DNA of 64,000 nucleotides from Gaiellales bacterium (lineage in GTDB: Bacteria; Actinomycetota; Thermoleophilia; Gaiellales; JAICJC01). The stretch lies in assembly GCA_045806525.1 (NCBI GenBank), contig JBJMJD010000050.1, positions 21,177 through 85,176 of the forward strand, given 5' to 3'. The translations under genes were made by a program, and so were the position numbers. The notes under the pieces are model-generated. The model ran no database searches. It was given only the letters and a program-made list of their open reading frames with translations, and was not told where the DNA came from. Shown here in pieces: positions 27,773 to 37,666 of the stretch. Numbering within the stretch: the first letter of the stretch is position 1; each line of letters opens with the position of its first letter.

Positions 27773-27967
27773 ATGGCCCGAACTCCCAAGAAGCGCAAGC
27801 AGCCGCGGTGCCACTCGTGTCACCGGCGCTCGCTGCGGTGGCTGGAAGGCCGGCAGCGCTTCATGTGCGACTCCTGCGGCAAGGTCTTCGACCTGGCCGT
27901 GGTCGAGCGGCACAACCCGGGCCTGCAGCTGTTCGAGCCACAGCTGCACATGGACGTCGCCGGGTAA
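27773..27967 (+). CDS. small zinc-ribbon protein (64 aa)
   Basis: CHSC...N15...CDSC gives two CxxC pairs. Basic N-terminus and high GC3. Confidence 0.55.
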   Translation: MARTPKKRKQPRCHSCHRRSLRWLEGRQRFMCDSCGKVFDLAVVERHNPGLQLFEPQLHMDVAG

Positions 27968-27974
27968 CGTCGGT

Positions 27975-27999
27975 GATTCGTCACGGCCCGTGACGAATC
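27975..27999 (+). terminator. perfect inverted repeat / hairpin directly after the zinc-ribbon ORF (no U-tract)
   Basis: GATTCGTCACGG-C-CCGTGACGAATC has 12-nt arms and starts 8 nt after the TAA stop. It could be an intrinsic-terminator-like hairpin or a protein operator. Confidence 0.35.
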
Positions 28000-28004
28000 T
28001 GGAG

Positions 28005-28372
28005 GGTCACACTGGGCCAGGCGCGGCCGTTGCGCTCACGGCCAGGTCAACGCGCAGGTCACGCGCACCGATTGCAACCGCGCCATGACGGCTCGTATGC
28101 ATCCTGGAGGCAACACCGGTGCCAGGCGCGGCTGTTGCGCTCCCAGAAGTGTCAACGCGCCCGTCACGTGAGCAGATCGCAACCCGGCTGTCAGCGCCTG
28201 ACGCAACCTTGGCGGCAACACCGGTGCCAGGCGCGGCTGTTGCGCTCACGGAACGGTCAACGCGCCCGTCACGCGCACGAATTGCAACCCCGCCGTCACT
28301 GCTCGCACGCACCTTGCGGGCAACACCGGTGCCAGGCGCGGCTGTTGCGCTCACGGAAGTGTCATCGCAGCC
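28005..28372. repeat. tandem array of about 3.5 copies of a 105-bp unit, non-coding
   Basis: Units start at 28005 (degenerate), 28110, 28215 and 28320, an exact 105-nt period. The 33-nt core GCAACACCGGTGCCAGGCGCGGCTGTTGCGCTC is identical in three units. The rest of each unit is roughly 70-80% similar by eye (e.g. GTCAACGCGCCCGTCACG is shared). The core forms a hairpin (GCAACACCG...CGG-c-TGTTGC). Confidence 0.85.
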
Positions 28373-28373
28373 G

Positions 28374-28402
28374 TTGCATACGAACACATGTTCGCCTATG
28401 CT
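28374..28402 (+). promoter_or_regulatory. sigma-A-type promoter candidate for imuB-dnaE2: -35 TTGCAT, 17-nt spacer, -10 TATGCT
   Basis: TTGCAT at 28374..28379 and TATGCT at 28397..28402 with an exact 17-nt spacer. The SOS box sits in the spacer. Confidence 0.5.
28381..28394 (+). promoter_or_regulatory. LexA SOS box (Cheo-box type) CGAACACATGTTCG
   Basis: Perfect palindrome CGAAC-N4-GTTCG, matching the Gram-positive/actinobacterial LexA consensus core (TCGAAC-N4-GTTCGA). It lies immediately upstream of, and overlapping, the imuB start, and imuB/dnaE2 cassettes are known LexA targets. Confidence 0.7.
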
Positions 28403-29599
28403 GGAGGGCCCTTGCCGAAACGCCCCCGCATCCTGGTCTGCGCGCTCGTCCCCCGCTTCGCTCTGCGGGTGGCGATGGGCGGTTCGCTGGGCGATGTCCC
28501 GGCGGCGCTGGCCCCGGAGGCGGGCGGCTCGCCGCTGGTGGGCGAGGTGAACGCCGCCGCGGCCACCTTCGGCGTGCGGCCCGGGATGCGCTCAGGCGAG
28601 GCGATCGCTCGCTGCCCGGGAATCAGGCTGGTCACCGCCGACCCCGGTGCCGTCGCCGATGCCGCCGAGGAGCTGCTGGCCGGCCTGGAGGCGATCGGCG
28701 CCGCTGTCGAGCCGCTCGAGCCCGGCCACGCGCTGTTCCGCGCAGACGGCCTGCTGCGCATGCACGGGGGCCTCGGCCGCCTGCTGCACGCCGCTGGAAA
28801 GCTGCTCCCGCCCGGCGCCCGGATCGGCGCCGGGCCCGGCCGCTTCACCGCCCGGGCCGCCGCCATCAAGGCCCGGCCCGGCCGCCCGCGCTTGGTCGAC
28901 GCGGACAGCGCGCCCGGCTTCATCGGCCGCATGGCAATCGGCCGCCTGGGCCTCGACCCTCGCATCACCGACGAGCTGGAGGCGCTCGGCATCCGCACCG
29001 CCGGCGCGCTAGCCGCGCTCCCGCTCCCCGCCGTTGCCGATCGCTTCGGCCCCGCCGGCATCGCCGGGCGCCGCCTCGCCCAGGGCGAGGACGAGGACTA
29101 CGTCGCGCCGCGCATGCCGCCCCAGCCGCTGCGTGAGTGGATCGACTTCCCCGAGCCCGTGGGCGACGAGGCCACCCTCCACCAGGCCGCCACCCTGCTG
29201 GTCGAGCGCCTGCTGGCCACTCCCCGCCGGAACGGCCGTCCCGTTCGCACGCTCACGCTCTCCGCGCGCCTGTCCGCCGGCGGATCCTGGCACCGCCCCG
29301 TGCGCCTGCGCGACGCCACCTCCGACCCGCGCCGCCTGCGCGACGCCCTGCTGCCCGCCCTCTCCGGCCTGCCCGGCGCGCTCGACCGTCTGACCATGGA
29401 GCTGGCCGAGCTGGGCGAGCCGGGCGGCCGCCAGCAGCTCCTGATGCGCCCCGCCCGCGAGGTGCGCCGCGAGCGCGCCGCGGAAGCAGCCCGCCAGCTT
29501 CGCGCCGCCATGGGTGAGGGCCACCTGCTGCGCGTCGTCGAGGTCGCCCCCTGGTCACGCCTGCCGGAGGGCCGGGAGCTGCTCGTGCCGTACGAGTAA
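28388..29599 (+). CDS. imuB: ImuB-like catalytically inactive Y-family DNA polymerase
   Basis: 403 aa with the Y-family fold pattern (RILVCALVPRFALRV...FGVRPGMRSGEA...). The catalytic D-x-D/FF acidic residues of DinB (HVDMDAFF) are replaced (VCALVPRF). Sits upstream of dnaE2. Alternative start is TTG 28412 if the promoter call is right. Confidence 0.8.
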   Translation: MFAYAGGPLPKRPRILVCALVPRFALRVAMGGSLGDVPAALAPEAGGSPLVGEVNAAAATFGVRPGMRSGEAIARCPGIRLVTADPGAVADAAEELLAGLEAIGAAVEPLEPGHALFRADGLLRMHGGLGRLLHAAGKLLPPGARIGAGPGRFTARAAAIKARPGRPRLVDADSAPGFIGRMAIGRLGLDPRITDELEALGIRTAGALAALPLPAVADRFGPAGIAGRRLAQGEDEDYVAPRMPPQPLREWIDFPEPVGDEATLHQAATLLVERLLATPRRNGRPVRTLTLSARLSAGGSWHRPVRLRDATSDPRRLRDALLPALSGLPGALDRLTMELAELGEPGGRQQLLMRPAREVRRERAAEAARQLRAAMGEGHLLRVVEVAPWSRLPEGRELLVPYE

Positions 29600-29605
29600 C
29601 CGAAG

Positions 29606-29869
29606 ATGCAGGGGGTCATGGATCGCACATACGTACGCCGGCTGGGGCTCCCCCGTCCCATCCACGTCACCACCGACCAGGCCGGCCTGCCCGTGGCCGT
29701 CGCCAACCGCCCCGTCTCCGTCACCCGCGACGAGTGGCGGGTCGAGGAGGGCTGGTGGACGCGCCGCCCCGTCCACCGCACCTACTTCGATCTGGTGCTG
29801 GCGGACGGCCGCAACACCGTCGTCTTCTGCGATCGCCGCCAGGGCCGCTGGTACGAGCAGCGCGCATGA
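29606..29869 (+). CDS. small conserved-looking protein (87 aa) between imuB and dnaE2
   Basis: High GC3. Trp/Arg-rich (DEWRVEEGWWTRRPVHRTYFDLVLADGRNTVVFCDRRQGRWYEQ). Its stop overlaps the dnaE2 ATG (ATGA). Confidence 0.6.
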   Translation: MQGVMDRTYVRRLGLPRPIHVTTDQAGLPVAVANRPVSVTRDEWRVEEGWWTRRPVHRTYFDLVLADGRNTVVFCDRRQGRWYEQRA

Positions 29870-32800
29870 TCGAGCTGCACGCCCACTCCTGTTACTCCTT
29901 CCTGGACGGCGCCTCCCAGCCCCAGGAGCTGGCCCTGACCGCCGCCCGCCTCGGCCATGAAGCCCTGGCTCTGACCGACCACGACAGCCTGTCCGGCTCG
30001 CTCGAGTTCGCCCATGCCGCCCACGACGCCGGCCTGCGCCCCATCACCGGCTGCGAGCTGACCCTGGCCGGCGGCGCCCACCTCACCCTCCTGGTCGAGA
30101 CCCAGGCCGGCTACCGCAACCTCTGCCGCCTGCTCACCCTCGCCCACGCCGACGACCGCCGCGCACCCTCCGTCACCCTCGACCAGCTGGCCGTCCACGC
30201 CGACGGCCTGCACTGCCTGTCCGGCTGCGCCCGCGACGGTCTGGTCGCGCGCGAGGTCGCCGCCGGCCGCCCCCGCCAGGCCGACGCCGCCGCCCGCCGG
30301 CTGCGCGGCATCTTCGGCCGCGACCGGTTCGCGATCGAGCTGCAGCGCCCCTACTGGCGCGGCGACGGCCGCCGCAACCGCCTGCTGGCCGAGCTCGCCG
30401 CCGAGCTGCGCCTGCGCACCGTCGCCACCGGCGACGTCCACGCCCACAACGCCCGCCGCGCCTTCCTGCAGGACACCCTGGTCGCGATCCGCCTCAACAC
30501 CACGCTCGACGCCTGCGAGCGTGACCGCCGGGGCAACCGTGAGGCGGTGCTGCGCGCCCCTGCTGAGATGGCCGCCCGCTTCCCCGACGACGCCGTCCGC
30601 GGCGCCCTCGAGGTGGCCGACCGCTGCCGCTTCGACCTCACCAGCGACCTTGGCTACAGCTACCCCGACTTCATCTCGGACACCGGCGAGTCGGCCTCCC
30701 AGGCCCTGTACCGCATCTGCCGCGACCAGCTCGAGCTCCGCTACGCCGGCAGCCGTGACCTGCACGAGGCCCGCCGCCGCCTGGACGAGGAGCTGGCACT
30801 GATCGACCACCACGGCCTGGCCGGCTTCTTCCTCCTGCACCGCGACATCCTCGAGCTGGCCCGCGACGTCGCCCTCCAGGTGCGCGGCCAAAGCGCCGCC
30901 CGCCGCCTGCTGCCCCCGGGCCGCGGCCGCGGCTCCAGCGTCGGCTCGATCGTCTGCTACCTGATCGGCCTCTCCCACGTCGACCCGGTGTCGGCGCGGC
31001 TGTTCCTGGGCCGGTTCCTGTCGCGCGACCAGACCAGCATCCCCGACATCGACCTCGACTTCCCGCGCGACATCCGCGAGGGCCTGATCCTCGAGATCCA
31101 GCGCCGCTACGGCGACGACCACGCCGCGCTGGTGGCCGCCTTCCCCACCTACCGGGTGCGCGGCGCCATCCGCGACCTGGGCAAGGCGCTGGCGCTGCCA
31201 CAGGGCGAGGTCGAGCGGATGGCGCGCATGACCGACGGCTGGGACCGCGGCACCGAGTCGGCGCGCCTGCCGGACGGCTCCGACAGCCCCCGCTGGCGCG
31301 CCTTCCGCTTCCTGATGGATGAGATCATGGGCCTGCCCCGCCACATCAGCCAGCACTCCGGCGGGATGGTCATCTCCTCCACCCCGCTGGTCGAGCTGGT
31401 GCCGGTGCTGCCGGCCGCCATGGAGGGCCGTCGCATCTGCCAGTGGGACAAGGACTCCTGCGCCGACGCCGGGTTCCTCAAGATCGACCTGCTCGGCCTG
31501 GGCATGCTGTCGGCGGTGGAGCGCTGCGTCGAGCTGATCGCCGACACCGCCGCCGAGCCCGTCGACCTGTCCCGCATCGGCTTCGACGACCCCGCGGTCT
31601 ACTCCGAGATCCAGGCCGGCGACACCGTCGGCGTGTTCCAGATCGAGAGCCGCGCCCAGATGCAGTCGATCGTGCGCACCCAGCCCGAGAACCTGGGCGA
31701 CCTGACCGTCCAGGTCGCGCTGGTGCGGCCGGGACCGATCGTGGGCAAGGCCGTCAACCCCTACATCCAGCGCCGCAAGCTGCTGCGCGAGAACCCCGAC
31801 TACCAGGTGCCCTTCGACCACCCGCGGCTGGAGGGCCCGCTGGCCGACACGCTGGGCGTGATCGTCTACCAGGACCAGGTGCTGGAGGTGGCGATCGCGC
31901 TGGCCGGCTTCACCGCCGGCGAGGCCGAGTCGCTGCGCCGGGCGATGAGCCGCAAGCGCAGCCACGAGGCGCTGGTCGTGCACCGCGAGCGGTTCTGCGA
32001 CGGGGCGGAGGCACAGGGCGTCCCCCGCGAGACGGCCGCGGCCGTGTTCGAGAACGTGCTCGGCTTCTCCGGGTTCGGCTTCCCCAAGTCGCACGCCGCC
32101 GCCTTCGCGATCCTGGCCTACCAGTCGGCCTGGCTGCACCTGCACCACCCCGCCGAGTTCCTGTGCTCGCTGCTGAACGAGCAGCCGATGGGCTTCTACC
32201 CGCCCGCCACGCTGCTCCGCGACGGCGAGCGGCGGGGCGTGACCGTGCTCCCACCTGACATCAACCGCAGCCACCCCGAGTGCGCGATGGAGCAGAGCGC
32301 CGTCCGCATCGGCCTCGGCTACATCAAGGGCGTCGGCAAGGCTGCCTCGGACGTGGTCGCCGAGCGCGACCGCGGCGGCCCCTACCGCGACGCCGGCGAC
32401 CTGGTGCGGCGGGCGCCGGTCGGCCGCGACGTGCTCGCCCAGATGGTGCGGGCCGGCGCGCTCGACCCCTTCTCCAGCGACCGCCGGCGGCTGCTGTGGG
32501 AGATCCGCCTGCACCGCGCCCCCGAGTCCGGCCAGCTGGCGCTGGCGCTTGACGCCGCCCCGGCGCCGCCGCTGCCGTCACAGTCGCAGTGGGAGCGGAT
32601 GATCGCCGACCACGAGACGATGCGCCTTACCACCGGCCCCCACCCGATGGCGCTGCTGCGCCCCACGCTCCCCGACCACATCCGCACATCGCGCGACCTG
32701 GCCACCGACCCGCCCGGATCCACCGTCACCATCGCCGGGATCGTGGTGGCGCGCCAACGCCCGGGCACCGCCAAGGGCATCGTGTTCCTGCTACTCGAGG

Positions 32801-33063
32801 ACGAGCACGGCCTGAGCAACGCGATCGTGCCGCCCGACGTCTACGCCCACGACCGCATCGCCGTGCGGGCCGAGCCGCTGCTCGAGGTGACCGGCCGCCT
32901 GGAGCGCCGCGAGGGCACGATCAACGTGCTGGCCGAGCGGATCACCGCGCTCAGCCACCGCGGCCGGGCCGAGATCGGGCCGGCACCAGCCGAGACGCCC
33001 GACGTTGGCGAGCTGCGAGCCGCGGCGCCCTATCCGAACAGCTTCGGGCGGGGACGGCGCTAA
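29866..33063 (+). CDS. dnaE2: error-prone DNA polymerase III alpha-type subunit DnaE2
   Basis: 1065 aa from ATG 29866 (MIELHAHSCYSFLDGAS..., PHP domain), then Pol III alpha core and C-terminal OB fold. Size and imuB linkage indicate DnaE2 rather than the replicative DnaE1. Confidence 0.9.
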   Translation: MIELHAHSCYSFLDGASQPQELALTAARLGHEALALTDHDSLSGSLEFAHAAHDAGLRPITGCELTLAGGAHLTLLVETQAGYRNLCRLLTLAHADDRRAPSVTLDQLAVHADGLHCLSGCARDGLVAREVAAGRPRQADAAARRLRGIFGRDRFAIELQRPYWRGDGRRNRLLAELAAELRLRTVATGDVHAHNARRAFLQDTLVAIRLNTTLDACERDRRGNREAVLRAPAEMAARFPDDAVRGALEVADRCRFDLTSDLGYSYPDFISDTGESASQALYRICRDQLELRYAGSRDLHEARRRLDEELALIDHHGLAGFFLLHRDILELARDVALQVRGQSAARRLLPPGRGRGSSVGSIVCYLIGLSHVDPVSARLFLGRFLSRDQTSIPDIDLDFPRDIREGLILEIQRRYGDDHAALVAAFPTYRVRGAIRDLGKALALPQGEVERMARMTDGWDRGTESARLPDGSDSPRWRAFRFLMDEIMGLPRHISQHSGGMVISSTPLVELVPVLPAAMEGRRICQWDKDSCADAGFLKIDLLGLGMLSAVERCVELIADTAAEPVDLSRIGFDDPAVYSEIQAGDTVGVFQIESRAQMQSIVRTQPENLGDLTVQVALVRPGPIVGKAVNPYIQRRKLLRENPDYQVPFDHPRLEGPLADTLGVIVYQDQVLEVAIALAGFTAGEAESLRRAMSRKRSHEALVVHRERFCDGAEAQGVPRETAAAVFENVLGFSGFGFPKSHAAAFAILAYQSAWLHLHHPAEFLCSLLNEQPMGFYPPATLLRDGERRGVTVLPPDINRSHPECAMEQSAVRIGLGYIKGVGKAASDVVAERDRGGPYRDAGDLVRRAPVGRDVLAQMVRAGALDPFSSDRRRLLWEIRLHRAPESGQLALALDAAPAPPLPSQSQWERMIADHETMRLTTGPHPMALLRPTLPDHIRTSRDLATDPPGSTVTIAGIVVARQRPGTAKGIVFLLLEDEHGLSNAIVPPDVYAHDRIAVRAEPLLEVTGRLERREGTINVLAERITALSHRGRAEIGPAPAETPDVGELRAAAPYPNSFGRGRR

Positions 33064-33132
33064 CGCACCGTCAGCACAGCGCTGAAGACGGCGCAGATCA
33101 CCACCCAACCCATTGGCCCTGGAGGGCCGCTC

Positions 33133-33297
33133 CTACAGGAACAGCCCGTACACCGTGTTCAGCACGAAGATGAAGGCCAGCCACACGACCAGCACCATGA
33201 CGACCGCCATCAGCGGGCGCTGCTGCGCCCAGTCAAGAACGGTCGCACGTCCGCCGTACTCGTCGACCTCCTCGTCGTCCAAGTCCATCCAGCGCAT
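33133..33297 (-). CDS. small membrane protein (54 aa), below the ORF-track size cutoff
   Basis: Own translation: MRWMDLDDEEVDEYGGRATVLDWAQQRPLMAVVMVLVVWLAFIFVLNTVYGLFL. Acidic N-terminus plus one transmembrane segment. GC3 is high. GGAAGGGGGG lies about 7 nt upstream of the ATG. The overlapping plus-strand ORF 33113..33328 looks non-coding. Confidence 0.45.
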   Translation of the reverse strand: MRWMDLDDEEVDEYGGRATVLDWAQQRPLMAVVMVLVVWLAFIFVLNTVYGLFL

Positions 33298-33388
33298 CAG
33301 AAGACCCCCCTTCCGCTCCCCACTGTGAGCGTACAGGGTGCCCGGCCACCGGTAACCCCCCGTACGGGGGTCAGCCGCAGGGCACCGC

Positions 33389-34110
33389 TCAGCCGGTGAT
33401 CAGGGCCACACCGGCGTCCACGTCGGCCACCTTGGGCACGACCTCGAGCACGCTCTCGTGCGCGCAGAACCGCACGTCGTCGTAGAGGTCGGCCGCGCGC
33501 AGGTTGCGGGCGCTCTGCGAGGCGCTCAGCCCCTCGCCGCCGGTCTCGAAGCTGCGCGAGATCGCCTCCGCCGCGTGGGCGGCGTCCGACCGCTCCCACT
33601 CGGCCAGCCAGACCGCCAGCTCCTGCACGAACCGCCCGGCCGTGTAGGCGTCGTCCATCGTGAACCCGCCCTTCACGCCCGCACACTGGATCAGCACGTC
33701 GCCGCTCTGCTTGCGGGCCGTCCGCGCCACCGCCGCGGCACACGAGGTGAGGTTGGCCAGGCTGCCGATCGCCACCGTCTCGGCGTGCGCGGCCGCCGTC
33801 ACGATTGCCCGCGTGCCGTTCGTGGTCGTGATCACGAGCGTCTCGCCCAGCCGGTCACCGGCGAACTCGCGCGGCGAGTTCCCCAGGTCGAACCCCTCGG
33901 GCTTCACGCACTTGCGCTCGCCCGCCAGGACGGCGCCGCCGTTCACCCGCTCCGCCAGCGCCCGCGCCTGGTCGACCTCCCCGCAGGCCAGCACCCGCTG
34001 ATAGCCCTGCGCCAGCGCGTAGGCGATGGTGGTGGTGGCGCGCAGCACGTCGATCACGATCGCCACCGAGGCGTCCTCCGGCTCTCCCGGCGTGAAGGCG
34101 ACGTCGATCC

Positions 34111-34114
<4 letters not shown>
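33389..34114 (-). CDS. ComB-family 2-phosphosulfolactate phosphatase-like protein
   Basis: VAIVIDVLRATTTI motif and GERKCVKPEGFDLGNSPRE are typical of the ComB family. GTG 34114 overlaps the ppdK stop (GTGA). Confidence 0.8.
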
Positions 34115-36737
<2,623 letters not shown>

Positions 36738-36741
<4 letters not shown>

Positions 36742-37580
36742 CCGCGCGAGAGCGCGCCCTCGAGTGCGGCCCGGCGCCGCTCCTCGACCAGCTCCGCGCA
36801 GCGCGCGGCGGCCTCTTCGATCGCCAGCTTGGTGACGTCGATGACCGGGCAGCCCAGCCGCTTGTGCAGGTTGGCGGTGGTCTCGAGCTCCTCGTAGATC
36901 TCGGCCAGGTCGGCGTAGCGCGCCGACGAGCCGGCGGCCAGCGCCCGCACCCGGCGGCGGCGGATCTCGGCCAGACGGTCGGCGTCGATGGTCAGCCCCA
37001 CGATCTTCCAGGGATCGACCGTGAACAGCGCCGGGGGCGGGTCGATGCCCTTCACGATCGGGATGTTGGCGGCCATCAGCCCCATGTAGCCGAGGTGCAT
37101 CGAGGTCGGCGTCTTGGACGTGCGCGACACCCCCACCAGCACCACGTCGGCCTGCTGCAGGTCGTCCGCGCCGCGGCCGTCGTCGTGCTTGACGGCGAAC
37201 TCGATGGCCGCGATCCGCCGGAAGTACTGCGCGTCAAGCGGCGCCTGGCGGCCGGGCACCTGCATCGCCTGCATGCCGGAGGCGGTCGTGATCGCGTTCA
37301 GCGCGGGCCCGAGCACGTCCAGCGCCACCAGCCGGTGCTGCCGCGAGATCTCGACCACGGCCTCGCGCAGGCCGGAGTCGACCAGCGTGTAGAACACGGC
37401 GGCGCGGCGGCCGGTGGCCGCCTCCAGCGCGCGCGCCAGCTGCTCGCGCGACTTCACCCGCGCATGGCGGTGCAGCTCGATCTCGGAATCGCCGAACTGC
37501 GACTGGGCCGCCCGCGCCACCCGTGCCGCCGTGTCCCCGGTCGAGTCGGAGATGATGTGGATCTCGAGCGTGTCCGCCAC
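36738..37580 (-). CDS. PPDK/PEP-synthase regulatory protein (bifunctional kinase/pyrophosphorylase, DUF299 family)
   Basis: Last 280 aa of ORF 36738..38018, from GTG 37580 (IHIISDSTGDTA..., VLVGVSRTSKTPTS P-loop). Its stop overlaps the ppdK ATG (ATGA). Confidence 0.9.
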
Positions 37581-37666
37581 GGCCCGGACTCTACCGCCCG
37601 CCACAGCCGCGGGTGCGGTATACAGGGGCCACCGGTGGCGGCGACCGGCATCCGCCGGTGTAGCGA

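Noticed and set aside
28005-28372. CRISPR array interpretation of the 33-nt identical cores spaced 105 nt apart
   Set aside because: The ~72-nt intervals between cores are themselves mutually similar (shared 18-nt blocks and an identical period), so they are not unique spacers. There are only about 3.5 units and no cas genes in 64 kb. This is a tandem minisatellite.
28007-28550. ORFs running through the repeat array: 28007..28387 minus (126 aa), 28119..28550 plus (143 aa) and 28030..29136 plus (368 aa)
   Set aside because: They stay open only because the 105-nt period preserves frame. GC3 is about 60%, against more than 85% in real genes here. The products are repetitive low-complexity sequence. 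The 28119 frame is not in frame with imuB.
29782-32514. Very long antisense ORFs: 29782..32514 minus (910 aa), 34246..36897 plus (883 aa), 18436..20679 plus (747 aa) and 59226..60737 plus (503 aa)
   Set aside because: They lie opposite dnaE2, ppdK, the CCA-fusion gene and accC respectively. Their composition is Arg/Ala/Gly/Pro-rich with no recognisable motifs, which is typical of stop-codon-poor antisense frames in 72% GC DNA.
33113-33328. Plus-strand 71-aa ORF in the dnaE2 / comB-like intergenic region
   Set aside because: It has poor codon bias and an implausible sequence. The minus-strand 54-aa ORF with a Shine-Dalgarno element and a transmembrane helix explains the region better.
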